DNA from: Deltaproteobacteria bacterium
Lineage (GTDB): Bacteria > Desulfobacterota > Syntrophia > Syntrophales > UBA2210
DNA length: 64,000 bases
Assembly: GCA_016933965.1 (NCBI GenBank)
Contig: JAFGTS010000013.1
Coordinates: 24,063-88,062 of the forward strand
Direction of reading: 5' to 3'
Shown piece by piece: positions 37,685 through 50,675 of this stretch (position 1 is its first letter; every line of letters begins with the position of its first letter). Below the pieces are notes generated by a model that did not search any database, was not told where the DNA came from, and saw nothing but the letters and a program-made list of their open reading frames with translations. The translations under genes were made by a program, and so were the position numbers.

Positions 37685-39025
37685 ATGGCAAAGAAAAACA
37701 TGAAAGACAAGGAAAGTATCTTGCGGATCGTCAGGGACCAGGATGTCAAGTTCATCCGGCTCTGGTTCACCGATGTTCTCGGCTTTTTAAAGAGTTTCAC
37801 CATCACGCCCCGTGAGCTTGAGGGGGCCTTTGACGAGGGTATGGGGTTTGACGGTTCATCCATCGAAGGGTTCGCCAGGATCGAGGAAAGCGATATGGTC
37901 GCCAAACCGGACCCGGAAACCTTCGTCATGCTTCCATGGCGTAACAACGGGATCAGCGTGGCCCGGATGTTCTGCGACGTTCTGAAGCCCGACGGAGCAC
38001 CCTACGAAGGGGACCCGCGTTATGCCCTGAAGCGGAACCTCCAAAAGGCCACCAATATGGGGTATACGTTATATGTGGGCCCCGAGCTCGAGTATTTCTA
38101 TTTCAAGGATGCCTCCGATACGCCGCAGATCCTCGATCACGGCGGTTACTTCGATCTGACACCCCTCGATATGGCCAGCGATCTGAGAAAGGACACGATC
38201 CTGGCGCTGGAAAGCATGGGTATCAATGTGGAGTACAGCCATCATGAGGTTGCGCCGAGCCAGCACGAGATAGACCTGCAGTACACGGACGCGCTCCACA
38301 TGGCAGACGCCGCCATGACCTACCGGATGACGGTGAAGGAGATCGCCATGAAGCACGGTGTCTACGCCACCTTCATGCCGAAACCCATGTTCGGCCAGAA
38401 CGGCAGCGGTATGCACGTCCATCAGTCCCTGTTCGCGGGTAGTGAAAACGCCTTCTTTGACGCCGATGACACCTATTACCTGTCCGGCGTGGCGAAGCAT
38501 TACATCGCCGGGCTGCTCCGGCATTCGCAGGAGATATGCTCCATCGTCGCCCAATGGGTCAATTCGTACAAGCGCCTGGTGCCCGGATATGAAGCCCCGG
38601 TCTATATTTCCTGGGCGCGCAGGAACCGCTCGGCCCTGATCCGCGTTCCCATGTACAAACCCGGAAAATCGAAGGCGACGAGGGCCGAGTTCCGCTGCCC
38701 CGATCCCGCCTGCAATCCCTACCTGGCCTTTGCCGTCATGCTGGCCGCGGGACTCAAGGGAATCGAAGAAAAATACGAACTTCCCGAGCCTGTTGAGGAA
38801 GATATATTCGAAATGGGACCGGAAACGCGTGAAAAACGGGGTATCGCTTCCCTTCCGGGCAGCCTGGGACAGGCGATACATTACACGGAACGGAGCGAGG
38901 TCGTCAGGGAAGCGCTGGGAGACCATATATACACCAAGTTCATCGCCAACAAGAAGCTCGAGTGGGATCAGTACCGCATGCAGGTATCAAACTATGAACT
39001 GAAGAAATATCTTCCCATTCTTTGA
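37685..39025 (+). CDS. glnA: Glutamine synthetase type I-alpha (short, about 445-aa form as in Bacillus/archaea; no adenylylation loop)
   Basis: GS catalytic motifs [43 protein letters not shown] caggag at 8-nt spacing. Second GS paralog in the window. Confidence 0.85.
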   Translation: MAKKNMKDKESILRIVRDQDVKFIRLWFTDVLGFLKSFTITPRELEGAFDEGMGFDGSSIEGFARIEESDMVAKPDPETFVMLPWRNNGISVARMFCDVLKPDGAPYEGDPRYALKRNLQKATNMGYTLYVGPELEYFYFKDASDTPQILDHGGYFDLTPLDMASDLRKDTILALESMGINVEYSHHEVAPSQHEIDLQYTDALHMADAAMTYRMTVKEIAMKHGVYATFMPKPMFGQNGSGMHVHQSLFAGSENAFFDADDTYYLSGVAKHYIAGLLRHSQEICSIVAQWVNSYKRLVPGYEAPVYISWARRNRSALIRVPMYKPGKSKATRAEFRCPDPACNPYLAFAVMLAAGLKGIEEKYELPEPVEEDIFEMGPETREKRGIASLPGSLGQAIHYTERSEVVREALGDHIYTKFIANKKLEWDQYRMQVSNYELKKYLPIL

Positions 39026-39753
39026 GGGTCATGGAAAAGGTGCTTGTCATCACCCACGTGGCTTCGGAAGGCCCCGGGACCCTGGGTGACTTTCTCATGT
39101 CTCGCGGATTCGAGATCGAGACGGTGCGCCTCTTTGACGGCCAGGCCCTGCCGGGCGGTTCCCTCGAATATCACGCGGTCGTTACCATGGGTGGTCCCAT
39201 GAACGTCCATGACGACGAGCGCTATCCGTTCCTTGCCCGGGAGGTGGAATTTCTGCGCAGGGCCATCAGTGAGAATGTTCCCGTTCTGGGGATATGCCTG
39301 GGCGCCCAGTTGATCGCCCGGGCAGGTTACGCGCCGGTGCGAAGCGGAGCGGGGAAGGAACAGGGATGGAAAAACATCTTTGTCACCGATGAAGGCCGGA
39401 AGGATATCCTTCTCCAGGGTGTTCCCGCCCTGTTCAGAGTCTTTCAGTGGCATGATGACGTGTTCGAGGTACCTGCCGGGGGCGTGCTCATCGCCACGGC
39501 CCGGAATTTGCCGAACCAGGCCTTCCGGTACCGCAACGCTTACGGCCTTCAGTTTCACGTCGAGGTGACCCGCGACATGCTCGCGGAGTGGATGGACCAG
39601 GACCCCGACCGTGACGAGGTCCTGCGGACCTTTGATAATATCGAAAGGGAATTTTCCCTGGTTGCCCGGGCACTGTACGCGAATTTTCTGTGGCTCGCCG
39701 ATATCCGGCGGCGGGTAAGTTCACCGACCGGCAGGATCGCCGCGGGTGTCTGA
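39022..39753 (+). CDS. Class-I glutamine amidotransferase-like protein (GATase1)
   Basis: Catalytic Cys motif GICLGAQL and a downstream His/Glu region (QFHVEV). Overlaps the glnA2 stop by 4 nt. Confidence 0.6.
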   Translation: MRVMEKVLVITHVASEGPGTLGDFLMSRGFEIETVRLFDGQALPGGSLEYHAVVTMGGPMNVHDDERYPFLAREVEFLRRAISENVPVLGICLGAQLIARAGYAPVRSGAGKEQGWKNIFVTDEGRKDILLQGVPALFRVFQWHDDVFEVPAGGVLIATARNLPNQAFRYRNAYGLQFHVEVTRDMLAEWMDQDPDRDEVLRTFDNIEREFSLVARALYANFLWLADIRRRVSSPTGRIAAGV

Positions 39754-39777
39754 TGTCCGCCGGCAAGGAAGAGAGCT

Positions 39778-40845
39778 ATGTGTGGAATCGTTGGAATTAT
39801 CAACCGGAACCGGGAATATATCGATGGAAGCCATATCCGGGAAGCCATCAGGATACAGCGCGAGCGGGGAAACGGCCTCGGCGGCGGGTTTGCCGTGTAC
39901 GGCGCATACCCGGAGCACAAGGACGCCTATGCCTTCCATGTCATGTATGAAGGCGACCGGACCAGTCAGGCCGTTCCCGCCGTTGAAGAGTACCTTCGCA
40001 GAAAGACGAACATCTATCAGTCGGAGGAGATCCCCGTTTACCCGAATGACCGCGTTCCCCGGGGGCCCTATTTCAAGCGCTATTTCCTGAAACCGATCGA
40101 GGAATTCATTGCTCCGGAGCAGACGGAAGAGGATTACATCGTCGAGATCGTCATGGCCATCAACGGCATGGGCGGTGTCTACGTAGTGTCCTCCGGCAAG
40201 AACGTGGGTGTTTTCAAAGGGGTCGGTTACCCCGAAGATATCGCCGATTTCTTCAGGATCGAAGATTACCGCGGCTACATGTGGATAGCCCATAACCGGT
40301 TTCCCACCAACACACCCGGCTGGTGGGGAGGCGCCCATCCCTTTACGATCCTCGACAAGGCCGTCGTCCATAACGGCGAGATAACCAGTTACGGGACCAA
40401 CGTCCGGTGGCTCGAGATGTACGGCTACCACTGCCGCCTTCAGACTGACACGGAGGTGGTGAGCTACATTTTCGACAAGCTGACGCGCAGGGACCATCTC
40501 AGCGCCGGCGATGCCTGTCTCGTCATGGCGCCGCCGCTGTGGGAGGAAATAGACCGGACGAATGACAAGAAGCGTCGATACCTGCGGCAGATCTACGGCC
40601 CGGCCATCGTCAACGGTCCCTTCGGCATCGTCCTGACCCATGCGAAGGGGGCTATCGTCCTGAACGACCGGAACAAGCTCCGTCCGGTAGTCTGCGCCGT
40701 GAAGGGGGATACCTTCTACGCGTCTTCCGAGGAGTGCAGTATCAGGCTTCTCTCGGCCGAGGTCGACCGTGTCTGGTCGCCCCGGGGGGGAGAGCCGGTC
40801 ATCGTCGAGCTGCGCAACGGAGGAAAAGAGGGAGACGGAATATGA
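39778..40845 (+). CDS. Glutamate synthase glutamine-amidotransferase subunit (archaeal-type split GOGAT domain 1, class-II Ntn GATase)
   Basis: N-terminal nucleophile MCGIVGI. Class-II GATase region (…WIAHNRFPTNT…). Confidence 0.75.
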   Translation: MCGIVGIINRNREYIDGSHIREAIRIQRERGNGLGGGFAVYGAYPEHKDAYAFHVMYEGDRTSQAVPAVEEYLRRKTNIYQSEEIPVYPNDRVPRGPYFKRYFLKPIEEFIAPEQTEEDYIVEIVMAINGMGGVYVVSSGKNVGVFKGVGYPEDIADFFRIEDYRGYMWIAHNRFPTNTPGWWGGAHPFTILDKAVVHNGEITSYGTNVRWLEMYGYHCRLQTDTEVVSYIFDKLTRRDHLSAGDACLVMAPPLWEEIDRTNDKKRRYLRQIYGPAIVNGPFGIVLTHAKGAIVLNDRNKLRPVVCAVKGDTFYASSEECSIRLLSAEVDRVWSPRGGEPVIVELRNGGKEGDGI

Positions 40846-42365
40846 AGACCATGGAGAACAACTGGAAGATCATTCCGTCCTACCACCCCGAATTCGATCT
40901 GGACCGTTGTGATTACAGGAACGGTTGTTCCCTCTGCGTGCAGGAGTGCTCCTTCGGTGAAATTTCCCTCAAGGCCGTCAAGGGGAGAGACGGCACCGTG
41001 CAGTACCGTCCCTGGGCCAACCTGAGCGCCTGCCATGCCTGCCAGCGGTGCGCCAAGATGTGTCCCCAGAACGCCATACACATCGCTCATGCACCCATGC
41101 ATTCATCCCACGGGTACTGGACCACCTTTCACGTCGGCAACATCTGGCGGCAGGCGGGAGCGGACGGCGGCGTTCTCCTTGTGGGAACGGGAGCCACCGG
41201 TCCCCAGAAACGGTATTTCGACAGCCTCATGTTCGATGCCTGTCAGGTGACGAATCCTCCCATAGACCCGCTCAGGGAACCCATGGAGATCAGGCGGTAC
41301 CTCGGGCGGAAGGCGGATTCCTTCGGCGGGGAGGTGGGGCCCCAGCTCATGCTCGAGGTTCCCATCATGTTCGGTGCCATGAGCTTCGGCGCGGTGAATC
41401 TGCGGGTCCACGAGGCGGAAGCCATGGCCACCCGGGCTGTGGGGACCTACTGGAATACCGGTGAAGGCGGTTTTTACGAAGGATTGCGGAAGTACGGCGC
41501 CAATACCATCGTCCAGGTGGCGTCGGGCAGATTCGGGGTCAGTGAAGATTACCTGAAATCGGCGGCGGCCGTCGAGATCAAGATCGGCCAGGGCGCGAAA
41601 CCCGGGATCGGCGGTCATCTGCCGGGAGAAAAGGTGTCCGAGGCCATCTCGAAAACGAGGATGATCCCTGAAGGGTCCGATGCCCTTTCACCGGCCCCTC
41701 ATCACGATATCTATTCGATAGAGGACCTGCGGCAGCTCATCTTCGCGATCAAGGAAGCGACGGACTACCGGGTTCCCGTATCGGTCAAGATCTCCGCCGT
41801 CAACAATGTTGCCCCCATCGCGACCGGCATCGCCACGGCGGGCGCGGATATTATCGTTATCGACGGCTTTCGAGGCGGTTCGGGGGCGACGCCCCTCCAG
41901 ATCCGCCAGAACACGGGAATTCCCGTGGAACTTGCGATCTCCGCCGCGGACCGGCGGCTGACCGAGGAAGGGATCCGCAATACGGTGAGCCTCGTTGCGT
42001 CGGGAGGGATACAGACGTCGTCGGATGTTCTCAAGGCGATCTGCCTCGGCGCTGATGCCGTTTACGTGGGGACTCCCGTGCTGATCGCCCTCGGCTGCGG
42101 CATGTGCCAGCGCTGTTTCACCGGCAGGTGTCCTTACGGAATCACCACGAACCGGCCGGGACTGGCCGAGCGGATCGATACGGAGGAAGCCGCTGCGGCG
42201 CTGAAGAACCTCCTTCACGCATGGGGGGAGGAGATAAAGGAATTAATGGGGTCTATGGGGATCAGCGCGATCGAGGCCCTGCGCGGCAACCGCGACCGGC
42301 TGCGCGGTGTGGGATTGAACGAGGAAGAATTAAGAATACTCGGCGTGAAGCACGCCGGAGCATGA
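40842..42365 (+). CDS. Glutamate synthase FMN-binding subunit (archaeal-type GltB central domain) with N-terminal 4Fe-4S ferredoxin-like region
   Basis: Start MKTMENN overlaps the upstream stop (ATGA). Cys clusters CSLCVQECS and CHACQRCAKMCP. GltS FMN-domain motifs (GEGG…, …GGSGATP…). C-terminal [3Fe-4S]-type Cys cluster (CGMCQRCFTGRCP). Confidence 0.8.
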   Translation: MKTMENNWKIIPSYHPEFDLDRCDYRNGCSLCVQECSFGEISLKAVKGRDGTVQYRPWANLSACHACQRCAKMCPQNAIHIAHAPMHSSHGYWTTFHVGNIWRQAGADGGVLLVGTGATGPQKRYFDSLMFDACQVTNPPIDPLREPMEIRRYLGRKADSFGGEVGPQLMLEVPIMFGAMSFGAVNLRVHEAEAMATRAVGTYWNTGEGGFYEGLRKYGANTIVQVASGRFGVSEDYLKSAAAVEIKIGQGAKPGIGGHLPGEKVSEAISKTRMIPEGSDALSPAPHHDIYSIEDLRQLIFAIKEATDYRVPVSVKISAVNNVAPIATGIATAGADIIVIDGFRGGSGATPLQIRQNTGIPVELAISAADRRLTEEGIRNTVSLVASGGIQTSSDVLKAICLGADAVYVGTPVLIALGCGMCQRCFTGRCPYGITTNRPGLAERIDTEEAAAALKNLLHAWGEEIKELMGSMGISAIEALRGNRDRLRGVGLNEEELRILGVKHAGA

Positions 42366-42366
42366 C

Positions 42367-44516
42367 ATGCTGACCATCGAGGCAAAGGGCTTATATTACA
42401 AGGCACTGAACCGCCAGATCAGGGAGTCGATCGCACGGGGCGAGAAGCAGATCGTTCTGAAGAACGTCCTGGGACAGCGGTACATCGGCGGCGGCCTGAG
42501 CGGTGACGCCACTTTTCTTGTGTATGGAACGCCGGGACAGGACCTGGGCGCCTTCATGAACGGTCCCACCCTCACCGTCTTTGGAAATGCCCAGGACGGC
42601 GTGGGCAATACGATGAACCGTGGCAAGATCGTCATCCACGGGAAGGCCGGCGAGATACCCGGTCATTCGATGCGGGGCGGTAAGATATTCATAGAGGGAG
42701 ATGTGGAGTACCGCGCGGCGATCCACATGAAGGAATATCTCGATGCCGTTCCCTGGCTCGTCATCGGCGGCACCGCCAAGGATTACTGCGGCGAGTACAT
42801 GGCGGGCGGCAGGGTGGTGGTACTCAATCTTGAGGAACGGAAAGATGTCTCCCCCGTCGGCCACAGTGTGGGGACCGGCATCCATGGCGGTGCCATTTAC
42901 ATCCGCGGAACGGTACGGTCCCACCAACTCGGCCCGGGTGCCGTCTTTACCGACATGAACGGTGAAGACGAAGAATTCCTCAGAAGGGTCCTTGAAGAAT
43001 ACGGCCGTGACATGGATGTTGACCTTACAGGGGTCGTTCCCGGCGACTTCGTCAAGATATCGAAAAAGGGGCACCGTCCCTTTGCGAGTCTTTACACGCC
43101 CGGCATGAACATCAAGACGCAGGCCCCCCGCCATATCAACCTCACCCCTCCCTGCACGAACAGCTGCCCCACCGGGATACCGACGCCCGTTTTCCTGAAT
43201 CTGATAAAGGACGGGAAGGTACGGGAAGCCCAGCAACTGATGGACGAATATACACCTTTTCGGATGTCGGTCTGCGGGACCGCCTGTCCTGCGTTGTGCA
43301 TGGAGGCGTGCAGCCGGAACGCCCTGGACGGCCCCCTCGAGCTTCAGGAGCTGGCGCGGCGCTACTATCCGGACTTCAACCCCGCCACACCGGAAGAGCC
43401 CAGAAAGGAATTGGTTTCGATAATCGGTGCGGGGCCCGCGGGCCTGTCGGCGGCCTGGCAGCTTGCCCGCCGGGGATACCGCGTCAGGGTCTATGATGCG
43501 GCGGTCGACCTGGGAGGAAAGGTGCGCAGGGCAATTCCCCGTGAGCGGCTTTCCGACGAGGTCCTCGACCGCGATATCGCACGAATCCGGTCGCTCCCCA
43601 TTGAATTTATCACGGCAAGCACGGTCGACAGGGAGTCCTTCGTCCTGATCCACCGGCAGAGCGATATTGTCGTGACGGCGACGGGCGCCCATCTTTCCAA
43701 GCGCATCGAATATCCCGGTGGAGAAAGGATCAGGTCAGGTCTCCGGTTTCTCATGGATATCAACGAGGGGAATCCCCTCGACCTCAAGGGTGCATCGGTC
43801 GTGGTCATCGGTGCGGGAAACGTGGGTATGGACATCGCCTGCGAGGCCTGGCGGCTCGGTGCGGCAAAAGTGACGGCCCTGGATGTTCAGAAGCCCCTGG
43901 CCTTCGGAAAGGAGTTGGAGGAGGCAAAGGCCCGTGGTACGGAGATCCTCTGGCCCCGGCGGATAGAAAAACTTGATGAAAAAAACATGTATTTTGCCGA
44001 TGGTTCATCGATAGAGGCCGATGAGGTGTTCTTCAGTATCGGTGAGGTCCCCGATGCGACGTATCTGCCCGATTCGGTGATGCTCGACGACCGGGGGCAT
44101 ATTGTGACGGAAAGCCTGTCGTTTCAGAGCAGCGACCCGAAAATCTTCGCCTGCGGGGACATCCGGAAACCGGGTCTCATCACGGACGCGGTCGGTTCTG
44201 GCCGGCTCGCGGCCATGGAGGTGCATGCCCTTCTCAGGGGTGAACCTTTTGTGTGTCCCGCCTCGGTGCCCCTGCCGCGACGACGGGTCAACACCATCTA
44301 TTTCGGCGGGGAGACCGATGAGATCGATCGATGCATGAGCTGCGGCACTTGCATTTTCTGCGATAAATGTATAGAGAACTGTCCCCAGAAGGCGCTGTCT
44401 CGAAACGGTGAGATATTCACCATCGATTCAACGCGGTGCACGCTTTGCTATACCTGTGTGAGTATATGCCCGCGTGGCGCCATACAGCCGGGATACCTGG
44501 ATGAAGGTGAGCAGGA

Positions 44517-44529
<13 letters not shown>
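42367..44529 (+). CDS. Glutamate synthase GXGXG domain (GltB domain 3) fused to a GltD-like NAD(P)H-dependent FAD oxidoreductase and a C-terminal 2x[4Fe-4S] ferredoxin
   Basis: GXGXG-type repeats in the N-terminal 250 aa. Dinucleotide motifs IIGAGPAGLSAAWQLARRG and VVVIGAGNVGMD. Terminal CxxCxxCxxxCP motifs. Confidence 0.75.
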
Positions 44530-46260
<1,731 letters not shown>

Positions 46261-46275
46261 GATGATCGAGAGGAC

Positions 46276-49200
46276 ATGAGAATTGCGGCAATTACCATGA
46301 TAGAGGCGATCCGAAACCGGCTGCATGGACTGCGGCTCTTTCTGACGGGGTGGACGATACACCTCGGAAGAGACCCCGTCCGCTTACCGCCGAAGGCGCT
46401 TATAATATTCCCCCTGCAACGGGAGCTGATCCCCTGCGGGCTGGTTGGCATCCTGACGGTGAAAGGGACGGCGGCCGCGGGAGGAACGGCACTTCTGAAC
46501 GAGCTCGACCGCATCCTTGAGAAGGTTTTCGCGAACGGCCTGGAAGGAGTGGGTGAACGTGCCGGTGACGGATACCTGGGTGGACGTTCGGTCCTTCTCT
46601 CCCTGGAACGGGTTGTGCTGGCCCTGAAACGTAACGGTGCCCTGGAAGATATTTTCTTCTCGACGGACGCTGAAGAAACGCTGGCGGGGCTTTCGCGCCG
46701 TGTGAGCATCTTTCTTCAGGAGGAAGAGAAGCGTATCGAAGAGAAGGCAGGGACCTTTTCCACGGCCGACATGGAGCGCATTAACAGCTTGCTCATGATG
46801 CTGAAGGATTTCGCCTGGGGGCTGGAGAAGGATATTCTCGACGGCTTGGAACAGGTTCGACATCTCGCCCGGAAGGCCGGTGACATGAAGCCTGCCGCTT
46901 TCAGGAAATACCGTAATGTCAATCTGCTCCTGAACGCTCTGGACCGGCTTGAAGTGAGGGGCAGGGACTCGGCCGGGGTACAGCTTACCCTGGGTGTTCC
47001 AGACGGCTCGATCCTCGCGGGGATAATCGAGATGATCCACGAGAGAGGCCTCGGTGCCCAGTGGGATGAACGAACGCGGCCGGGTGATCTGAAGGATGGC
47101 TCAATTCACGTTTCGGACTGCAACGGGGAGACACGGACGGCGATCGTCGGTTTTACCTATAAAAAGGCGGCGGTAACGGGAAGGCTTGGAGAGAACGGAG
47201 GTTACCTGCGGGAGCGGATCGGTTCCGATGAGATCCTCCGTATCTTCCTGAACGACCCTCGCGTTTCGGACCGGTACCTGGGCCACACCCGGTGGGCCTC
47301 GGTGGGCTCTATCACGGAGGAGAACTGCCACCCCATCAACAATTATGTTGCCCCACGGAATGGAACGGCGACGGCCGGTCCCGGAGCGGCGGTCAGGGAA
47401 TATCCGCGATACGGAAAGGGTGCCTGGACGATCAATGCGGTCCTGAACGGCGATATTGATAATTACAGCGACCTTCGGGCAGAGCTGGAACATGAGCAGC
47501 CCGACAGCATCGGCAGGAACATAACGACGGACACGAAGATCATCCCCTTGCGGATAGAACGCTATCTCCTGAAGGGACACGATTTTCGCGAAGCCTTCCG
47601 CAGGGCCGTGAACGACTTCGAAGGGTCCCATGCCATCGCCGTGGAAAGCAACCTGGAGCCGGATTCGGTGTTCCTGGCGCTTCGCGGAAGCGGGCAATCC
47701 CTGTACGTCGGGATGTCACCCGGTCAATACATCTTCGCGTCCGAACTGTACGGCCTGGTGGAGTTGACATCATCATTCATCAAGATGGACGGTGAGCGGG
47801 AGCGCATACCGGGTGACGAAAGAACGAGAGGACAGATCTTTATCCTGTCAAGGGACACCGGGCATGGCGAGGTGCCGATCCAGGCCTGCTGTTACGACGG
47901 CCATCCCATCGAATTGTCGGAGGAAACGATAAAGCGGGCGGAGATCACCACCCGGGATATCGACCGGAAAGAATATCCCCACTACCTGCTCAAGGAAATC
48001 ATGGAATCGCCGCTGTCGGTGAGAAAGACATTACGGGGCAAATATCTCATATCGCGAGACGGGCGGGGTGCCGCATCGGTATCCTTCAACCTCGGTGATG
48101 ATATTCTGCCAAGGCATCTCGTCGATGCATTGCGGGCGGGAACGATCAAGAACATCCGTGTCATCGGACAGGGCACGGCGGCCGTCGCGGCGGCGGCGAT
48201 CGCGGATTCCTTCCGGCGGTACCTGCGGGGGCTCGATATCACCGTTGAGGCCGGCACATCCTCGGAACTGAGCGGGTTTTCCCTCGATGACGATCTCTCA
48301 CAAACCCTCGTCATCGCCGTAACACAGTCGGGAACAACGACGGATACCAACCGGGCCGCGGCCATGGTGAAAGAGCGGCGGGCGCGTCTCATCGCCATCG
48401 TAAACCGCCGCCAATCGGACATAACCCATGTCGCCGACGGTGTGTTCTACACGAGTGACGGCAGGGATATCGAAATGTCCGTAGCGTCGACAAAGGCCTT
48501 TTACGCGCAGATCGTGGCCGGGTACATCATGGCGCTCAATTTCTCCTGTATTCTGGGTGTCATGTCCGAGGAACGGATCGCCCGGGAACTTTCGAACCTT
48601 GAGGTGGCGCCGGAGAAAATGATGGTCCTTCTGTCGCGCAGTGACGTGATCCGGGAGTCCGCGTGGAAGGCCGTGAAGAAAAAAGTGTACTGGGCCGCCG
48701 TGGGAAGCGGTCCCAACAAGGTCGCCGCCGACGAGATCAGGATAAAGCTCAGTGAGCTCTGTTATAAAACGATATCCTCAGACATAGTGGAGGACAAGAA
48801 ACACATAGATCTCTCCGCAGAGCCGCTGATCCTCGTCTGCGCCGCGGGCAATCCGGAGCCTGTTACGGAGGATATCGTCAAGGACGTTGCCATATTCAAA
48901 GCCCACGCGGGCTCCGTCGTGGTGATCGCCGCCGATGGTGAGACACGGTTCGACGCCGTGGCCGATTCGGTAATTCCCGTACCGGTTTCCACCTATCCGA
49001 CGACGGTGATCCTGAACACCCTGGCGGGGCACCTCTGGGGATATTACGCCGCGTGCAGCATCAACGAGGACGCGGAGTTCTTCCGAGATTTCCGTGCCCG
49101 CCTGATGCGGAGGCTCAACGAGATAGACCGCGAGGGGTTTTCGCTCTTCGAAAAGTTCGCGGATCGGGAGCTGCGTCGGATGATCAATGAATTCTCCGCC

Positions 49201-50064
49201 GCCTTTCACGGGCGCCGGAAAGCCGGGGAATTTTCCTCCATGTCCGTCGATACCGCTTCGGACATGACACTGCTTCTCAAGTACGCGGCCGGCAAACTGC
49301 TCCTCGAGGATTTCTGGGACGAGTTCGAGGACAGGCGTCCCTCCTCGTCCCCCCTGGACATGCTCGATATCTGCCTGGGGAAGGCCATAGACGAGCTGGC
49401 CCGCCCGATCGACGCTATCAGGCACCAGGCGAAGACCGTTACGGTGGGAACGAGCAGAAAAGGAGAAATGGTGCGTGGTATCCTGTTCGATTTCCTTCGA
49501 ACGCGCGGTTTCTCTCTTGAAAATCTCACCACCAGAGAAGGATTCACCCTGCGGAGGTTGCAGGAGGCCATATCGGAGATCAGGGGATACACCCTCTATC
49601 ACGTGAGCGGCATCGATGAAACGGGAACCCCCACGGATGCGTCAACCATCGTCATTGCCGACCGGGGCGGTGTTTCCTCGACGATGAGATCGCGCGCTGA
49701 AAAGCCGACGCCGCTGATGGGGACGAAAAAGACCCTTGTAAAGGACGGCGAAATATACGCGGGTCTCGGCAAGTCGGACAAGGCGCCCGTTCTTATCGTC
49801 CCCCTTCTGGGAGAGGGCCGGAATGTTACCTCTATCCTGCTGTTGCACGTGGCATTCAGGGAGGATCTGACCGCGGTGGAGAAACGGAGCGCCCTTGGTG
49901 AAAAATATGGAAGAATCAAGGACTATATCAATGAATGCAACATAGAGTGGCGTGATGCCTATCTTGATGCGCTCCCTGTGGGATTTCTCCTTGGCGAGGG
50001 TGTGGATGTGGTGGCCGGGGATATCCTCGGACGACTGGATGCAAAGGGGGAAGGGAAACCGTGA
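46276..50064 (+). CDS. Giant (1262 aa) GlmS-like protein. It has a class-II (Ntn) glutamine amidotransferase domain with large insertions, two SIS phosphosugar-binding domains and a roughly 300-aa C-terminal extension of unknown function.
   Basis: Ntn-GATase motifs PCGLVGIL (Cys about 50 aa from the start, implying a propeptide), LGHTRWASVGSITEENCHPIN and NAVLNGDIDNYSDLR. SIS motifs VIGQGTAAVAA and AVGSGPNKVAADEIRIKLSEL. Overlaps the hisH start by 4 nt. Confidence 0.65.
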   Translation: MRIAAITMIEAIRNRLHGLRLFLTGWTIHLGRDPVRLPPKALIIFPLQRELIPCGLVGILTVKGTAAAGGTALLNELDRILEKVFANGLEGVGERAGDGYLGGRSVLLSLERVVLALKRNGALEDIFFSTDAEETLAGLSRRVSIFLQEEEKRIEEKAGTFSTADMERINSLLMMLKDFAWGLEKDILDGLEQVRHLARKAGDMKPAAFRKYRNVNLLLNALDRLEVRGRDSAGVQLTLGVPDGSILAGIIEMIHERGLGAQWDERTRPGDLKDGSIHVSDCNGETRTAIVGFTYKKAAVTGRLGENGGYLRERIGSDEILRIFLNDPRVSDRYLGHTRWASVGSITEENCHPINNYVAPRNGTATAGPGAAVREYPRYGKGAWTINAVLNGDIDNYSDLRAELEHEQPDSIGRNITTDTKIIPLRIERYLLKGHDFREAFRRAVNDFEGSHAIAVESNLEPDSVFLALRGSGQSLYVGMSPGQYIFASELYGLVELTSSFIKMDGERERIPGDERTRGQIFILSRDTGHGEVPIQACCYDGHPIELSEETIKRAEITTRDIDRKEYPHYLLKEIMESPLSVRKTLRGKYLISRDGRGAASVSFNLGDDILPRHLVDALRAGTIKNIRVIGQGTAAVAAAAIADSFRRYLRGLDITVEAGTSSELSGFSLDDDLSQTLVIAVTQSGTTTDTNRAAAMVKERRARLIAIVNRRQSDITHVADGVFYTSDGRDIEMSVASTKAFYAQIVAGYIMALNFSCILGVMSEERIARELSNLEVAPEKMMVLLSRSDVIRESAWKAVKKKVYWAAVGSGPNKVAADEIRIKLSELCYKTISSDIVEDKKHIDLSAEPLILVCAAGNPEPVTEDIVKDVAIFKAHAGSVVVIAADGETRFDAVADSVIPVPVSTYPTTVILNTLAGHLWGYYAACSINEDAEFFRDFRARLMRRLNEIDREGFSLFEKFADRELRRMINEFSAAFHGRRKAGEFSSMSVDTASDMTLLLKYAAGKLLLEDFWDEFEDRRPSSSPLDMLDICLGKAIDELARPIDAIRHQAKTVTVGTSRKGEMVRGILFDFLRTRGFSLENLTTREGFTLRRLQEAISEIRGYTLYHVSGIDETGTPTDASTIVIADRGGVSSTMRSRAEKPTPLMGTKKTLVKDGEIYAGLGKSDKAPVLIVPLLGEGRNVTSILLLHVAFREDLTAVEKRSALGEKYGRIKDYINECNIEWRDAYLDALPVGFLLGEGVDVVAGDILGRLDAKGEGKP

Positions 50065-50675
50065 TAGCCATAATCGATTACGGTGCGGGGAATCTCCCGT
50101 CCGTTGAACGGGCCCTGAACCACCTGGGTGTTCCCTGCCGGGTCACCGACAGACCCCTGGATATCTTTTCCGCGGACCGGCTCATTTTCCCCGGTGTGGG
50201 GGCCGCCGGATCGGCCATGAAGGTCCTCGCGTCACGGGGGTTGGACAGGGTGATCCACGAAGCGGTGTCCCGTGCCGTCCCCTTCCTCGGCATCTGCCTG
50301 GGGGCGCAGATCATCCTCGGTTACAGCGAGGAGGATCGGGTCCCCTGCCTCGGCCTCATCCCGGGGAATGTCCGGCGGTTTCCGCCGGGAGACCTGAAGA
50401 TACCTCATATGGGGTGGAATGACATCGCGCTTCGAAGACCTCACCCGGTCCTTGCAGAACTCGGTGAAGAGGAGCAGTTCTATTTCGTCCATTCTTTTTA
50501 TCCCAGCCCCGATGATGAGGCATTCGTCATCGCCGATACGGAATACGGGACCATGTTTCCTTCCGTTATCGGGAAAGACAATATCATTGCCGTACAGTTC
50601 CATCCGGAAAAGAGCGGCCCTTGCGGGCTGCGCCTGCTGAAGAACTTTGCCGGGTGGGATGGGAGGACCGGCTGA
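50061..50675 (+). CDS. hisH: Imidazole glycerol phosphate synthase glutaminase subunit HisH
   Basis: Collinear with E. coli HisH. Motifs [16 protein letters not shown] (Cys nucleophile), HMGWN, FVHSF and QFHPEKSG. Confidence 0.85.
   Translation: MIAIIDYGAGNLPSVERALNHLGVPCRVTDRPLDIFSADRLIFPGVGAAGSAMKVLASRGLDRVIHEAVSRAVPFLGICLGAQIILGYSEEDRVPCLGLIPGNVRRFPPGDLKIPHMGWNDIALRRPHPVLAELGEEEQFYFVHSFYPSPDDEAFVIADTEYGTMFPSVIGKDNIIAVQFHPEKSGPCGLRLLKNFAGWDGRTG

Noticed and set aside
46384-47040. 218-aa minus-strand ORF inside the GlmS-like gene
   Set aside because: Antisense to a motif-supported CDS.
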